DNA from: Promethearchaeota archaeon
Lineage (GTDB): Archaea; Asgardarchaeota; Lokiarchaeia; Sigyniarchaeales; SOKP01
Direction: 5' to 3'
DNA: 64,000 nt
NCBI GenBank assembly: GCA_048940645.1
Contig: JBHLOI010000003.1
Coordinates: 32,001-96,000 of the forward strand
The notes beneath the pieces were generated by a model. The model had not been told where the DNA came from and made no database searches. It saw nothing but the letters and a program-made list of their open reading frames with translations. Position 1 is the first letter of the stretch; each line of letters begins with the position of its first letter. Position numbers and translations under genes: made by a program. Shown here one piece after another: positions 40,296 through 50,145 of this stretch.

Positions 40296-41030
40296 ATGAA
40301 TTCAGAACCAAACTTTAATGATTTAGAAATTGACTTAACAAAATTAATTGAAAAAGAAATAAATGAGAAACATGGTATTCTTGGAATCTCAGTATCTTCA
40401 CATGGAGGAACCCATCTTGCGAGTAAATTTAAAAAAGAGATTAAAATGACCAAAACAGAAATATCTGCTGCGAGTAGTAGTATGGTCTTTCTTTCCTCAA
40501 AGATTTTAACCGATTCTTTAAACCAAAAAATATCATATAATTTAATCACTGGAAAGGAGAGAATAATAGTTTCAATTTTAACTGAAAATGTTGCTCTAAT
40601 GGCATATCTAAATAGGGAATTAGCTGAACTTGAAGGATTAGATTCATATATAAATTCCCTAAAAATCTTTGCCATTCAACTATCTGCAATCATAGATACT
40701 TCTGACCTAATTAAAGAAGAAATATTTGTTGCGGTAAAAAGAGCTATACCAAATGCGTTAGTGATTGCAATAATAACCAAAGATGGTTTACCAATTAAAA
40801 TTCAATCAACTATGCCTGAACCAATACTTTCTGCAATGACTTCTGCAATATATAATTTAGCAGGTATTCTATTGGGGGGAGGTTTAGAATACTCCATAAT
40901 TGGAGGCGAGAATGGTTCTATTATAATTCATGAATTAGATGAAACCAGAATTCTTGCAATTGCTGTACCAGAAGCGGATGAAAGAAAATTAGGATCCTAT
41001 ATAGCAAAAATTAAATCATTAATTAAATAA
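40296..41030 (+). CDS. Tandem roadblock/LC7 domain protein
   Basis: Two repeats: GISVSSHGGTHLAS..ISAASSSM..LITGKERII and IAIITKDGLPI..LSAMTSAI..IIGGENGSII. Confidence 0.85.
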   Translation: MNSEPNFNDLEIDLTKLIEKEINEKHGILGISVSSHGGTHLASKFKKEIKMTKTEISAASSSMVFLSSKILTDSLNQKISYNLITGKERIIVSILTENVALMAYLNRELAELEGLDSYINSLKIFAIQLSAIIDTSDLIKEEIFVAVKRAIPNALVIAIITKDGLPIKIQSTMPEPILSAMTSAIYNLAGILLGGGLEYSIIGGENGSIIIHELDETRILAIAVPEADERKLGSYIAKIKSLIK

Positions 41031-41039
41031 AATTAAAAT

Positions 41040-42287
41040 TCAAGAGATAATCTTAATTATCCCATCAACTATCTTTAATGCTCCAAAAAAAGATTCAGAA
41101 AAGGATTTTGCGCTAAATAAGATGGAGCATACAGGTTCTCCCTTAACCATATTCTTAATTGGTTCGCTTTTATCTTGAATAAACTTAAGATTGTTTATTT
41201 TTTCAATTTTATCTATTGGAACTTCTTTAGGTGCGAAAAAAATTAGCTTAGTTACATATTTCTTACAAATCTGATTATTCAATATCTCAATAATTTCATT
41301 CCACTTCTCTTGATTAAAACTTTTAACATGTAAATCTAATAAATTTATATTCATAGAATCCTCTGAAGCCCTTATGGAGCCAGGAATTCTTGGATTAATT
41401 TCCATTAAATAAGGATAATGATTTCTTAACACAAAATCAAATCCGTTAATCCCTCTTAATCCTAATATATTCGTGAGCAAGATTGAAATCTCAGAGATCA
41501 ATTTATTATCTTCATTTAATAAGTTTCCTGGAACGATATTTCCACAATACATGAATTGTTTAGGTGGATTAACATACTCTAAACCAATAATTTGACGGTT
41601 AATAGTTATGACTTTAGTTTCAGTCCCATTAGAAATTGTGGTACAACTAACTGGTATTCCCTCAATATACTCTTGAATCAACCAATTTGAAGAGTTATAA
41701 CCTTTAAATTCTAATTTCTTAATTAGAAAGGTTAACTGCTCTTTATTCTCAATTTTAAATACATTTATTCCTCCAGAACTCTTTATCTTTTTCAAGATGA
41801 AAGGGTGTGCTAAAGATTTATTTAATTTTTCAAATTTCTTTAATTCATAGCTAATTGGAACTTTATATCCCAAATTATTTAGAGTATGATAAATTTTAGA
41901 AATATTTCTGGCATTTTCCATGACACTCATATTATTATTAAGGCTTTTAGTACCATCTTTTTTTTTTTTAATTTTATCAAGAATATATTTACGTTCTTCT
42001 AAATGATCATCCATACCACTAGCAATAATCAAATTTTCTATATCAGGATATTTATTTAATAAATCAATTGTATAGTGAGCCAAAAATTGTTGATAATTAT
42101 TTTTAATTGAACTATATCTCGCTTTTAATTCTTTCGTTATAATTATAGAATCTTTAACGTAGGGATATAAATCTAAATCTCCAAAAAAGTCAACAACATA
42201 TACATCATATCCTGCTTTATTTAAAGAATAAGCAAGAGGACGTGTATTAAAACCAACAACTAAAACAGAGTTCTTTTTTCCTTCCAT
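41040..42287 (-). CDS. ATP-grasp domain protein (archaeal H4MPT/methanofuran-linked-like family)
   Basis: VVGFNTRPLA, DFFGDLD, SSGG, IQEYIEG, YCGN, GINGFDF, MEINPR. Confidence 0.8.
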   Translation of the reverse strand: MEGKKNSVLVVGFNTRPLAYSLNKAGYDVYVVDFFGDLDLYPYVKDSIIITKELKARYSSIKNNYQQFLAHYTIDLLNKYPDIENLIIASGMDDHLEERKYILDKIKKKKDGTKSLNNNMSVMENARNISKIYHTLNNLGYKVPISYELKKFEKLNKSLAHPFILKKIKSSGGINVFKIENKEQLTFLIKKLEFKGYNSSNWLIQEYIEGIPVSCTTISNGTETKVITINRQIIGLEYVNPPKQFMYCGNIVPGNLLNEDNKLISEISILLTNILGLRGINGFDFVLRNHYPYLMEINPRIPGSIRASEDSMNINLLDLHVKSFNQEKWNEIIEILNNQICKKYVTKLIFFAPKEVPIDKIEKINNLKFIQDKSEPIKNMVKGEPVCSILFSAKSFSESFFGALKIVDGIIKIIS

Positions 42288-42330
42288 TAAATTATAAATA
42301 ATTTTTGAGTTTAAAGAAATTTTTTCAAAT

Positions 42331-44535
42331 TCATAGAATTCTTTTTAATTCTAAAATCAAATTTTCTGGATTGTATCGGTCGAATTGAAATATCTGAGCT
42401 TTACCAAATTTTTTAAAATTTTTTTTTATTTTATCTGCAGCGTAAGTATTAACCCCTAAAGCTTGGGTGGCGTAACTTTTTTTAGGTTCTAAAACAACAA
42501 CATGAACTCCTTTTTTTGAGAGTACTTTAGTTAACTCTTTTAGCTCCTTGATGATTAGTGTATAATCAGTTTGTATTTGGGCGACTAAATCGGGATATTT
42601 TACAGAGATATTTGATCCACAATCTGAACATATAAAAATAACAGGAATAACATTTCTATTCTTTAACTTTTCAGCATTAATTAACTTAACACACTTTTTT
42701 AGTGCAGCTGCCATGGGAGTATATGATTTTCCTTCAATACTTTTTAGTTTATTAAGAGCGTTTTTAAAATAAACTGTTGGTTTTTGAAGAACGATTGCTT
42801 CTTTACCTCTAAATATAATTAAACTGATTTTATCTCTTTTTCTATATCCTTCCTTATGCAAGGATAAAATTACATCTGTCATCTGTTTTATCACATAATA
42901 CATTGATGCAGAACTATCGAGCACAAAAAAAAGTAAAAGAGGTGCACGATATTCGAAGATTTTATCCATTAAATCATACTTATTGAATTTTATAGGAAAT
43001 TCTATATCTGTTTGATTGTATATTGTGTTTTTCAAATAGTTTCTTATAGTTGCATCCAAAGCTAAACTCTTTGGTTTATCTATTGGGTTTCGATAAGAAA
43101 TATATTTCCCTTTTTGAGAAGATGCTATTTTAATTCGCCTTCCTATACCACGACCCCCATAATTTGAAACTTTTCGTTCTTTTCGGATATTATCAAGAAC
43201 GGAATTCATTTTTTGTTCCATTTTATAAATTAATGGCAATTCCTCAGTTTGGTTTTCAAAAAATTTTAGATCCATCTCTTCAAAAGGAATATTTTTTACT
43301 TTCCAGCCTCCTGCAGGAGCAGGACTCCTTTTTTTGTTATCAGGGTATTTAGGTGGAGGCAATTTTTGTTCTTTAGTCTCCGGCATTTTGACTTTTCTAG
43401 GATCTACTGATTGTCGTTTGAATTCTTTATGCAATGTATCATCCTGTTTTAATGGTCCTTCCGAATCAGGATTAGGCTTATAAGCATTTGGATCCTCATA
43501 TGCTTTTTGTATTTTTCCATAAACTTCTGCAATTTTAGCTTGGATTTCTTTGGGAGTCATCTCATAATGAAGCGACTGAATTCTATGTTCGAAAACTAAA
43601 TCCAAAGCTACATTCAAATCTTCCTCTGTAATTTGTGTTCTACTATTAAAAGCAGCATGAGCTCTAGCACAGCGTATGAAGGTTATATCTGCTCTTTGAG
43701 AAAATATCTCTAATTCATTAACAATCATAGATACAAATTCAAAAACAGATGACGGCACTTTTACTTCTTTTAGTATTTCTCTCGCTTTTTTGATCTTATC
43801 TCGAAGTTCTTCCTCTTCCTTTACGTATTTCTTAATAAATGTCTTTGGGTCATCATCAAATTTGATAACTCGTCTGGTTATTTCTGCTCTTAATTTTGGA
43901 TCTCTTGGTGCTTTTATTTTAACCTCCAAACCAAGACGATCAGCAATTTGGGGTCTTAATTCACCCTCTTCAGGATTCATTGAACCCACTAAAACGAATC
44001 GGGATGGATGCATAACAGAGATTCCTTCTCTTTCAATGATATTTACACCGGAAGCAGCTGCATCTAAGAGAGTATCAACTATATGATCCTGTAGAAGATT
44101 AATTTCATCAATGTAAAGAATCCCGCGATTTGCTTTTGCTAATAACCCTGGATGAAGACTTTTAATACCTTCAGTGAGTACTTTATCGATAGAGAGACTA
44201 CCACAAACCATATCCTCTGTAATTCCTAATGGGAGGTTTACGAGTCTCATTTCACGAGTATGGATTTCTATTTCTCGTTTTCCTTTCTTTATACGACATT
44301 CTTCACATAAATCTTCATTTTCTAAGTGAGGATCACATGAGAATGGACAATCCTTTACAACTTCAATCTCAGGCATAACTTCAACAAGGCTTCTCACGGC
44401 TGTTGATTTTCCTGTGCCTTGTTGTCCTGATAATAATATTCCACCAATTTGTGGGTCAATAACGTTTAGTATAAGCCCCAATTTCATTTTTTCTTGTCCT
44501 AAAATAGCTACGAAAGGAAAGGATGAAATTTTCAT
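42331..44535 (-). CDS. Mg/Co-chelatase-like AAA+ ATPase fused to VWA domain (ChlI-ChlD-like)
   Basis: FPFVAILGQE, GQQGTGKS, PGLLAKANRGILYIDEINLL, GSMNPEEGELRPQ, Pro-rich linker, VWA LDSSASM..TPMA..SD. Confidence 0.88.
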   Translation of the reverse strand: MKISSFPFVAILGQEKMKLGLILNVIDPQIGGILLSGQQGTGKSTAVRSLVEVMPEIEVVKDCPFSCDPHLENEDLCEECRIKKGKREIEIHTREMRLVNLPLGITEDMVCGSLSIDKVLTEGIKSLHPGLLAKANRGILYIDEINLLQDHIVDTLLDAAASGVNIIEREGISVMHPSRFVLVGSMNPEEGELRPQIADRLGLEVKIKAPRDPKLRAEITRRVIKFDDDPKTFIKKYVKEEEELRDKIKKAREILKEVKVPSSVFEFVSMIVNELEIFSQRADITFIRCARAHAAFNSRTQITEEDLNVALDLVFEHRIQSLHYEMTPKEIQAKIAEVYGKIQKAYEDPNAYKPNPDSEGPLKQDDTLHKEFKRQSVDPRKVKMPETKEQKLPPPKYPDNKKRSPAPAGGWKVKNIPFEEMDLKFFENQTEELPLIYKMEQKMNSVLDNIRKERKVSNYGGRGIGRRIKIASSQKGKYISYRNPIDKPKSLALDATIRNYLKNTIYNQTDIEFPIKFNKYDLMDKIFEYRAPLLLFFVLDSSASMYYVIKQMTDVILSLHKEGYRKRDKISLIIFRGKEAIVLQKPTVYFKNALNKLKSIEGKSYTPMAAALKKCVKLINAEKLKNRNVIPVIFICSDCGSNISVKYPDLVAQIQTDYTLIIKELKELTKVLSKKGVHVVVLEPKKSYATQALGVNTYAADKIKKNFKKFGKAQIFQFDRYNPENLILELKRIL

Positions 44536-44676
44536 ATTTTTATTCCAGTTTAAATTGTTTAGTTAGACATTCTTTTAATTAAAATAATATTAAGTAAAAT
44601 AAAGATTTTCCTTTTAAACCTTAGATTAAAAATAGGTTTTATGAAATTAAAATAAAAAAAGAATTCATTCAAGTAT

Positions 44677-45627
44677 TTAAAATTTTTTAGATAATATTGT
44701 TAGTTTTTCGTTGAGATTTGAAACACACTCATCCCATTCTGCCAAAATTTCTTTAATTTTTGGAATGATTAAGTCTCTTTCTTTAAATTCTAAATAATCC
44801 ATAAACTGTTTTATTTTCTCTATTTTTATGAAGGTTTCAGCCACATATTTCCGTATTTCACGATTTTGATTATCTAAAACTTCATGGATTCTATGAGATT
44901 CTCCTTTACGCATCAATGTGGCTAAATATTCTTCAGTACCAAGCAATAATGAGTCTAATTGATTAATTTGGTTTTTTATAAATTTATCATATGTTTCTAA
45001 AATATTATCACTTGGGAAAAAGTTAGTAATATCAATAACAAATTTCTGTGCTTGTATTACTAATTCTTCCATGTTTTCAAATCCCTCAATTCTGTATTCA
45101 ACTTCATGAAATTTACTTCTCTCGTTATTTCCATCATCTAATCTGAAAATTTTAAAACCTGGATCGGCTTTTAACTGTCTTTCTGGATCCCCTTTTCTTT
45201 CTGGATATTCTACCTGTTTAACTAGACGTTCTGGATTAAATACTAAAGAAATAGCTAGGGGATTTAAACTTTGATATGCTACTGTAGTTTTTCTATCACC
45301 AAATCCCGAAAGCATAACTCTAAAGCCCGGATGGCTATGCCACCAACCTATTACATAATCACCTTTATCAAAAGCTTCTTCTTCAATGATTACTGTTGAA
45401 GCATAATCTTCTTCTGACCAGACGTATTTATCAACTATCGCTTTGGGATCATAAATTTCATGCATAATTGGATATGCTTTTGAAATTAATACATCATCAT
45501 TTTGATTTTTGCCAATGAAAATCCCATTTGCTTCTATCCACTTATCTTTTGGTATTTTTTGATTCGCAAACCTCACGCTCGCAGCAATAATTGTTAAGTA
45601 CGCCTGTTTAGGAATAATCACAGTCAT
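44677..45627 (-). CDS. MPN/JAMM domain protein with helical C-terminus (variant spacing)
   Basis: WIEANG, GWWHSHPGFRVMLSGFGD (HSH-x7-S-x3-D), ISLVFNP, GFKIFRL. Confidence 0.85.
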   Translation of the reverse strand: MTVIIPKQAYLTIIAASVRFANQKIPKDKWIEANGIFIGKNQNDDVLISKAYPIMHEIYDPKAIVDKYVWSEEDYASTVIIEEEAFDKGDYVIGWWHSHPGFRVMLSGFGDRKTTVAYQSLNPLAISLVFNPERLVKQVEYPERKGDPERQLKADPGFKIFRLDDGNNERSKFHEVEYRIEGFENMEELVIQAQKFVIDITNFFPSDNILETYDKFIKNQINQLDSLLLGTEEYLATLMRKGESHRIHEVLDNQNREIRKYVAETFIKIEKIKQFMDYLEFKERDLIIPKIKEILAEWDECVSNLNEKLTILSKKF

Positions 45628-46021
45628 GATTTATCTATTTTAAGTTAATGTTCATTCTTGATAATTTTATACCACTGCATATATTTATTTTTATTTTTTT
45701 CTTAAGAATCTTCCAAAATCAATAGGATTCCATTAATTTTCTATTATCATATCAATTCGCTCATAATTTCTGTTAAAAATTTATTTTACTTCTAGCCAGT
45801 CTTCAATATTAGAGAACTTAATCTATTGAAAATGATTAGTAGCTTGTAGGAGATCCAAGATATTAAAAAATAGTAAGAAATTATTAAATTATAATTCTAT
45901 TAGCTCTTTTTCATTTAAAAGATAAAATTATTTATATTCATAATATACCATTATATTATTACTAAATGCAAATTATTACTGATTCCAATATAATTAAAAT
46001 CATCTAAAAGAAAGGATTAAA

Positions 46022-46648
46022 ATGGCTGAAAAAGGTTTTGAACCACTAACAAGTCAACTGGGTATACCAGGGACTTCTTATAGGATTCAGCTGGGATTAA
46101 TTAATGGAAAATGGGCATCAAGACTATTGAAAGGACAAAATGTTATAGATTCATACATTTATAAGGATGAAGATATCGCTGAAGGGGGATTTCCTAATCA
46201 AAATCTCATCGTAGGTTGGGTTTTACGTACTGTGGCAATTCCTAATATAAACCCACATCAAGTAATGAAAACAACTCAAGCTTTGGTGAAACAGGCAATT
46301 GAAAAGAAAGAACAAAAGAAAGTCATGGCCCCCATACAAGAAATTAAAAAGGTTGAATTAGAAAAAGTCCCTGAAAGTGAAATAAAAAGACCTCAATCGG
46401 TGGGATGGGTAAAACAGGAAGGTATTAAGTCAGTACAGGAATTAGAAGAAGAAAAACGCCAAGCCTTTAAAGAAAGAATGGTATATAAGAAACAAGAAGA
46501 AGCAAGAAAATCTGGAACAATCGCAACATCAAGAGAGTTACCTTCTATCCCTAAAGGTGAAGAAGCGCCATCAACATTCTGTCCTCATTGCGGAAAAGAT
46601 TTAGATTGGAAATATTGTCCTTTTTGTGGGGGGAAACTTCCACATTAG
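46022..46648 (+). CDS. Hypothetical protein with C-terminal double zinc ribbon
   Basis: Charged helical middle; CPHCGKDLDWKYCPFCG. Confidence 0.75.
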   Translation: MAEKGFEPLTSQLGIPGTSYRIQLGLINGKWASRLLKGQNVIDSYIYKDEDIAEGGFPNQNLIVGWVLRTVAIPNINPHQVMKTTQALVKQAIEKKEQKKVMAPIQEIKKVELEKVPESEIKRPQSVGWVKQEGIKSVQELEEEKRQAFKERMVYKKQEEARKSGTIATSRELPSIPKGEEAPSTFCPHCGKDLDWKYCPFCGGKLPH

Positions 46649-46768
46649 GAGTAATTTTATAAAATTCTCTAAATTTATTTTTTGTAATACTATAAATTAA
46701 ATTATTCAGTTTTTAAATGAGATAAATTATAAATATGACAAAAATTAACTATATCTAAACGTAATAGA

Positions 46769-48241
46769 TTGAGTGATGAAGTAATGGGCAAGGATACAGA
46801 TACAAGTGTTGTTACCATTAAACCAATGGCCTATTATAAGATGTTAGTTCATGTTCTTAGATTTGGATCAAAAGCACAAGCCATTAACGAATACAAAGAA
46901 GTTATGGGGATGCTAATTGGTCATCTAGAGGGACAGGGTGAAATTAAAGACGTAATCATAGAAGATGTTGTACCTATAACACATGGAGGATCAATTGAAG
47001 TTAAGTTTTCTGCAGAACAGCTTGGTGCTTTTGGAGAAATTGATAGGCAAATCTGGGAACAACATGGTGAAGAGAATTGGTTTAGTGTTGGTTGGTATCA
47101 TAGTCACCCAAATCTGGGAATTTTCTTCTCGAGTACTGATATATTTAATCAGTTATTTTGGCAAGATAAAAATCCTAGCGGTCTAGGAATAGTATTTGAT
47201 CACGCTTATTTGGAAAAACCTGGTGATTTAGGTTTTAAAGTTTATAGATTAGATGATCCTTCAAAAGGATTAAATTCAAAGTATTATGAAGTTAAAGCTA
47301 TAGTAGAGCCACCAGATAGTTTTGAATTTTATGAGAAAATAGTTGATTTGGTAAATAAAATATACTCGAAGGAAGCTCCAATTCTTGAATTAAATGAAAC
47401 TACTGATTTATTTGGTGATGTATTTTTTCCTGAACAGAAACAACTTGAAAGTAAAAAGCCTCAATTATCAGTGCAAGAATTGTTAAATAATTTAAAGAAA
47501 GGGTTTTCAACTTTTATAGATCTATCAATTGAACCTCTTATTGACATACTTAACCTTTGGAGCCAAGATATTGTAAAAAAGATGTTCTACAATAATACAC
47601 AAATGAGAAATGATTTAATTGAAATGAAAGAAAATCTAACCTCGGGCGTAAATGATCTCCAGAAGTCATTTAATTTCTCATTGCAAGACGATTTAAAGAA
47701 ATTGGATTTCTATATTGATGATAAGCTTGATAAACTTGATGAAGGACTGAATAATATGGAAATAGTAATTCATCAGTTTAGAGAGAATCTTACACTACAA
47801 ATAAACCAATTAATTGAAAATACCTTTTTACAAAATGTTAATCAAATTATTGAAAACTTTGATAAGAATCTTGGAGATTTAGATGGAATAAATGAGATGA
47901 ATGAGATGGTTTTACAAACTTTAGAGCCAGAGTATGCTGAATTAGAAAAGTTATTTAATATCATCGATCCTACGAAAAGTAGAATAAAAGGCGCAGTAGA
48001 GGATAATCAAGAGATAATAATAAACAATTTTCGGAAAAAATTATCCAATATTCAAGATATTTTTTCAAATTTAGATAATGATTTAAAAAAACTCCTCTCA
48101 GATCTAAAAGCAGCTATATTAGTTCTCGAGGGTTCTAAAAGTCCTGTTCTAAACAAAATTGAAAAATTAGAGAATGAGAAAAAAAATCTTCATAATACTA
48201 TAAGAGAATTAAAGAATGAAATTAAAGAATTGAAGAAGTGA
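46769..48241 (+). CDS. Rpn11/CSN5-like JAMM (MPN+) metalloprotease with long coiled-coil tail
   Basis: KEVMGMLIG and GWYHSHPNLGIFFSSTD (E..HSH-x7-S-x2-D intact); ~280-aa helical tail. Confidence 0.9.
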   Translation: MSDEVMGKDTDTSVVTIKPMAYYKMLVHVLRFGSKAQAINEYKEVMGMLIGHLEGQGEIKDVIIEDVVPITHGGSIEVKFSAEQLGAFGEIDRQIWEQHGEENWFSVGWYHSHPNLGIFFSSTDIFNQLFWQDKNPSGLGIVFDHAYLEKPGDLGFKVYRLDDPSKGLNSKYYEVKAIVEPPDSFEFYEKIVDLVNKIYSKEAPILELNETTDLFGDVFFPEQKQLESKKPQLSVQELLNNLKKGFSTFIDLSIEPLIDILNLWSQDIVKKMFYNNTQMRNDLIEMKENLTSGVNDLQKSFNFSLQDDLKKLDFYIDDKLDKLDEGLNNMEIVIHQFRENLTLQINQLIENTFLQNVNQIIENFDKNLGDLDGINEMNEMVLQTLEPEYAELEKLFNIIDPTKSRIKGAVEDNQEIIINNFRKKLSNIQDIFSNLDNDLKKLLSDLKAAILVLEGSKSPVLNKIEKLENEKKNLHNTIRELKNEIKELKK

Positions 48242-48253
48242 TAGTGAAATATT

Positions 48254-49654
48254 ATGATAAACACCCCTAACAATAATAAAGAAGAAAAGATCGAGATTGC
48301 AGAAGATTGGAAAGTTTATATAAGAAATAATGCTTTTAGAAAAATGCTTAGTCATATAGTGAGGTTTGCTAATAAATCTTTGGAAGATAATCAAGAGGTC
48401 ATGGGTATTTGTGTAGGTGAAGCAAATTCAGAAGACAAGACTTTAAATTTAATGAATATCATTCCTGTATGTCATGGAGATATCGTAGAACTTGGGTTTT
48501 CTCAAGAGATTCATGAAAAAATTATGAAAATTGAAGAAAAAATTCTTGCTACAAATTTAAAAATGATTGGGTGGTATCATTCGAGACTAAAAGGTGGTCT
48601 TTTCTTTTCTCACGCAGATAGGAGTAATCAATTATATTTTCAAAATGAGAACCACCCATATGGATTTGGAATTGTATTTGATAATAACCTCCTTAATTCT
48701 GGAAATAAATTTGGATTTGAGATTTTTAGACTTAAAACCTTTTCAAAAGGAGTAGACAGTGAATACGTTAAAGTTCCTTTTGAACTTGAAGTACCTAACA
48801 CCTTAGACTTTTTCAAATGGATAAAAGCGCTTGTAGAAGATCTTCAGAGAAAAAATCCTATAATTATCAATGAATTTGATGAAATTAGAAAACCAATGCC
48901 GGGAGAGCTTCAAGAAATCCCAAAAGTAGAAAAGGCCACCACTGAAGGCGGTGACGATGATTTTAATGCTCAAATACAACCAATATTCACGGGTTTTAGA
49001 GAGGGAACTTCACAATTTGTAGAAACTTTTATTGATGCCTATAAAAACCAATTAAGTAATTGGATGATTGATGTTAGAAATGGTTCATTAAGAGGCGTTG
49101 AGCAGATTAGAAGCATTATAAAACAGATGAAAGATTCTTTCGAACAAGGTTTAGAAAATATTCAAAATTACTTTGATAAAAGTTTTTCTGAAATTTCAAA
49201 TGTATTTATCACAGATATTTCAGAATATATTGATAGAAGAGTTGAGACCCAAAAAGAGTTTACAACCAAAGTTTCAGATTTATTCGAAGAAATTTCTGAT
49301 AAAATGCAATCTATAATAGAAAATAATTTAAAAGAATTTACTGATAAGTTAAAAGAAAAAATATCATATGAAGAAGTAAAACTATATAATATTAATCAAA
49401 CAAATACTAAGATAAAACCTTTACTTAATAAATCCTCAGATTTATTAATTAAAACATATAATAATACAAATGCTCTTTCTGATGATCTCTTAAAAGAAAT
49501 TAAAAGCCTAAGTTCAAGGTTTAGTTTAAACTTAAATGAAGAAATTGAAAATCTAAATTTAGATTCTGATCCAATTAAAGAAAAATATAAAGAAATCGAA
49601 GAATTAATTGAACGGCTCCAAAAAGTCATCTCAGACTTTAGGCAATTAAAATAA
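48254..49654 (+). CDS. MPN domain protein with broken JAMM motif (MPN-) and long coiled-coil tail
   Basis: QEVMGICVG, GWYHSRLKGGLFFSHAD (second His replaced by Arg); paralogous to upstream gene. Confidence 0.85.
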   Translation: MINTPNNNKEEKIEIAEDWKVYIRNNAFRKMLSHIVRFANKSLEDNQEVMGICVGEANSEDKTLNLMNIIPVCHGDIVELGFSQEIHEKIMKIEEKILATNLKMIGWYHSRLKGGLFFSHADRSNQLYFQNENHPYGFGIVFDNNLLNSGNKFGFEIFRLKTFSKGVDSEYVKVPFELEVPNTLDFFKWIKALVEDLQRKNPIIINEFDEIRKPMPGELQEIPKVEKATTEGGDDDFNAQIQPIFTGFREGTSQFVETFIDAYKNQLSNWMIDVRNGSLRGVEQIRSIIKQMKDSFEQGLENIQNYFDKSFSEISNVFITDISEYIDRRVETQKEFTTKVSDLFEEISDKMQSIIENNLKEFTDKLKEKISYEEVKLYNINQTNTKIKPLLNKSSDLLIKTYNNTNALSDDLLKEIKSLSSRFSLNLNEEIENLNLDSDPIKEKYKEIEELIERLQKVISDFRQLK

Positions 49655-49692
49655 TAAATAGAAATTATTTAATACTACTTCTTTAATCTATA

Positions 49693-50007
49693 TTAGAAAA
49701 ATTCTAATGAAGATACAGAGGATATATTTAATTTATACTTAGGGATATTAGTATTGAGTCTTTTTAATTGGTTTCTTTTTGCTATATTACTTAATATCCT
49801 TCCAATTCTATCAACTCTAATATCAATTCCATAATTTTCTTTCAAAACAGAATTAATTTTATAAGAAGAAAGTATAACTACTTCTGAAATGTTTTTTTCA
49901 CATAGCCTTTCAATTGCTTGTTTCACTAATTTTAAGATTGTTTCTTTATTAGGTTGATTCTCCATGCTCATATTAATATTATATTTGAAGATTTTTAAAA
50001 TTTTCAT
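49693..50007 (-). CDS. Small basic, probable winged-helix protein
   Basis: SSYKINSVL..IRVDRIGRILSNIAK..PKYKL; the true start is likely the downstream MENQ. Confidence 0.55.
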   Translation of the reverse strand: MKILKIFKYNINMSMENQPNKETILKLVKQAIERLCEKNISEVVILSSYKINSVLKENYGIDIRVDRIGRILSNIAKRNQLKRLNTNIPKYKLNISSVSSLEFF

Positions 50008-50145
50008 CTATAAAATTTGATTTCCTATTTTGAAAGGCCTTTTATTATTAAAATGAACTTAAAAGTATACTAATTTATAAAAGAAAAAAATCATTTATAT
50101 TAACTTAAATTAAGCACCATCACTAATCTAAATATTCTTTTTACT

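Noticed and set aside
46022-46055. tRNA T-arm-like sequence (GFEP peptide; ggttcaaaacc on the minus strand)
   Set aside because: No acceptor, D or anticodon arms; it lies in the start of a plausible ORF
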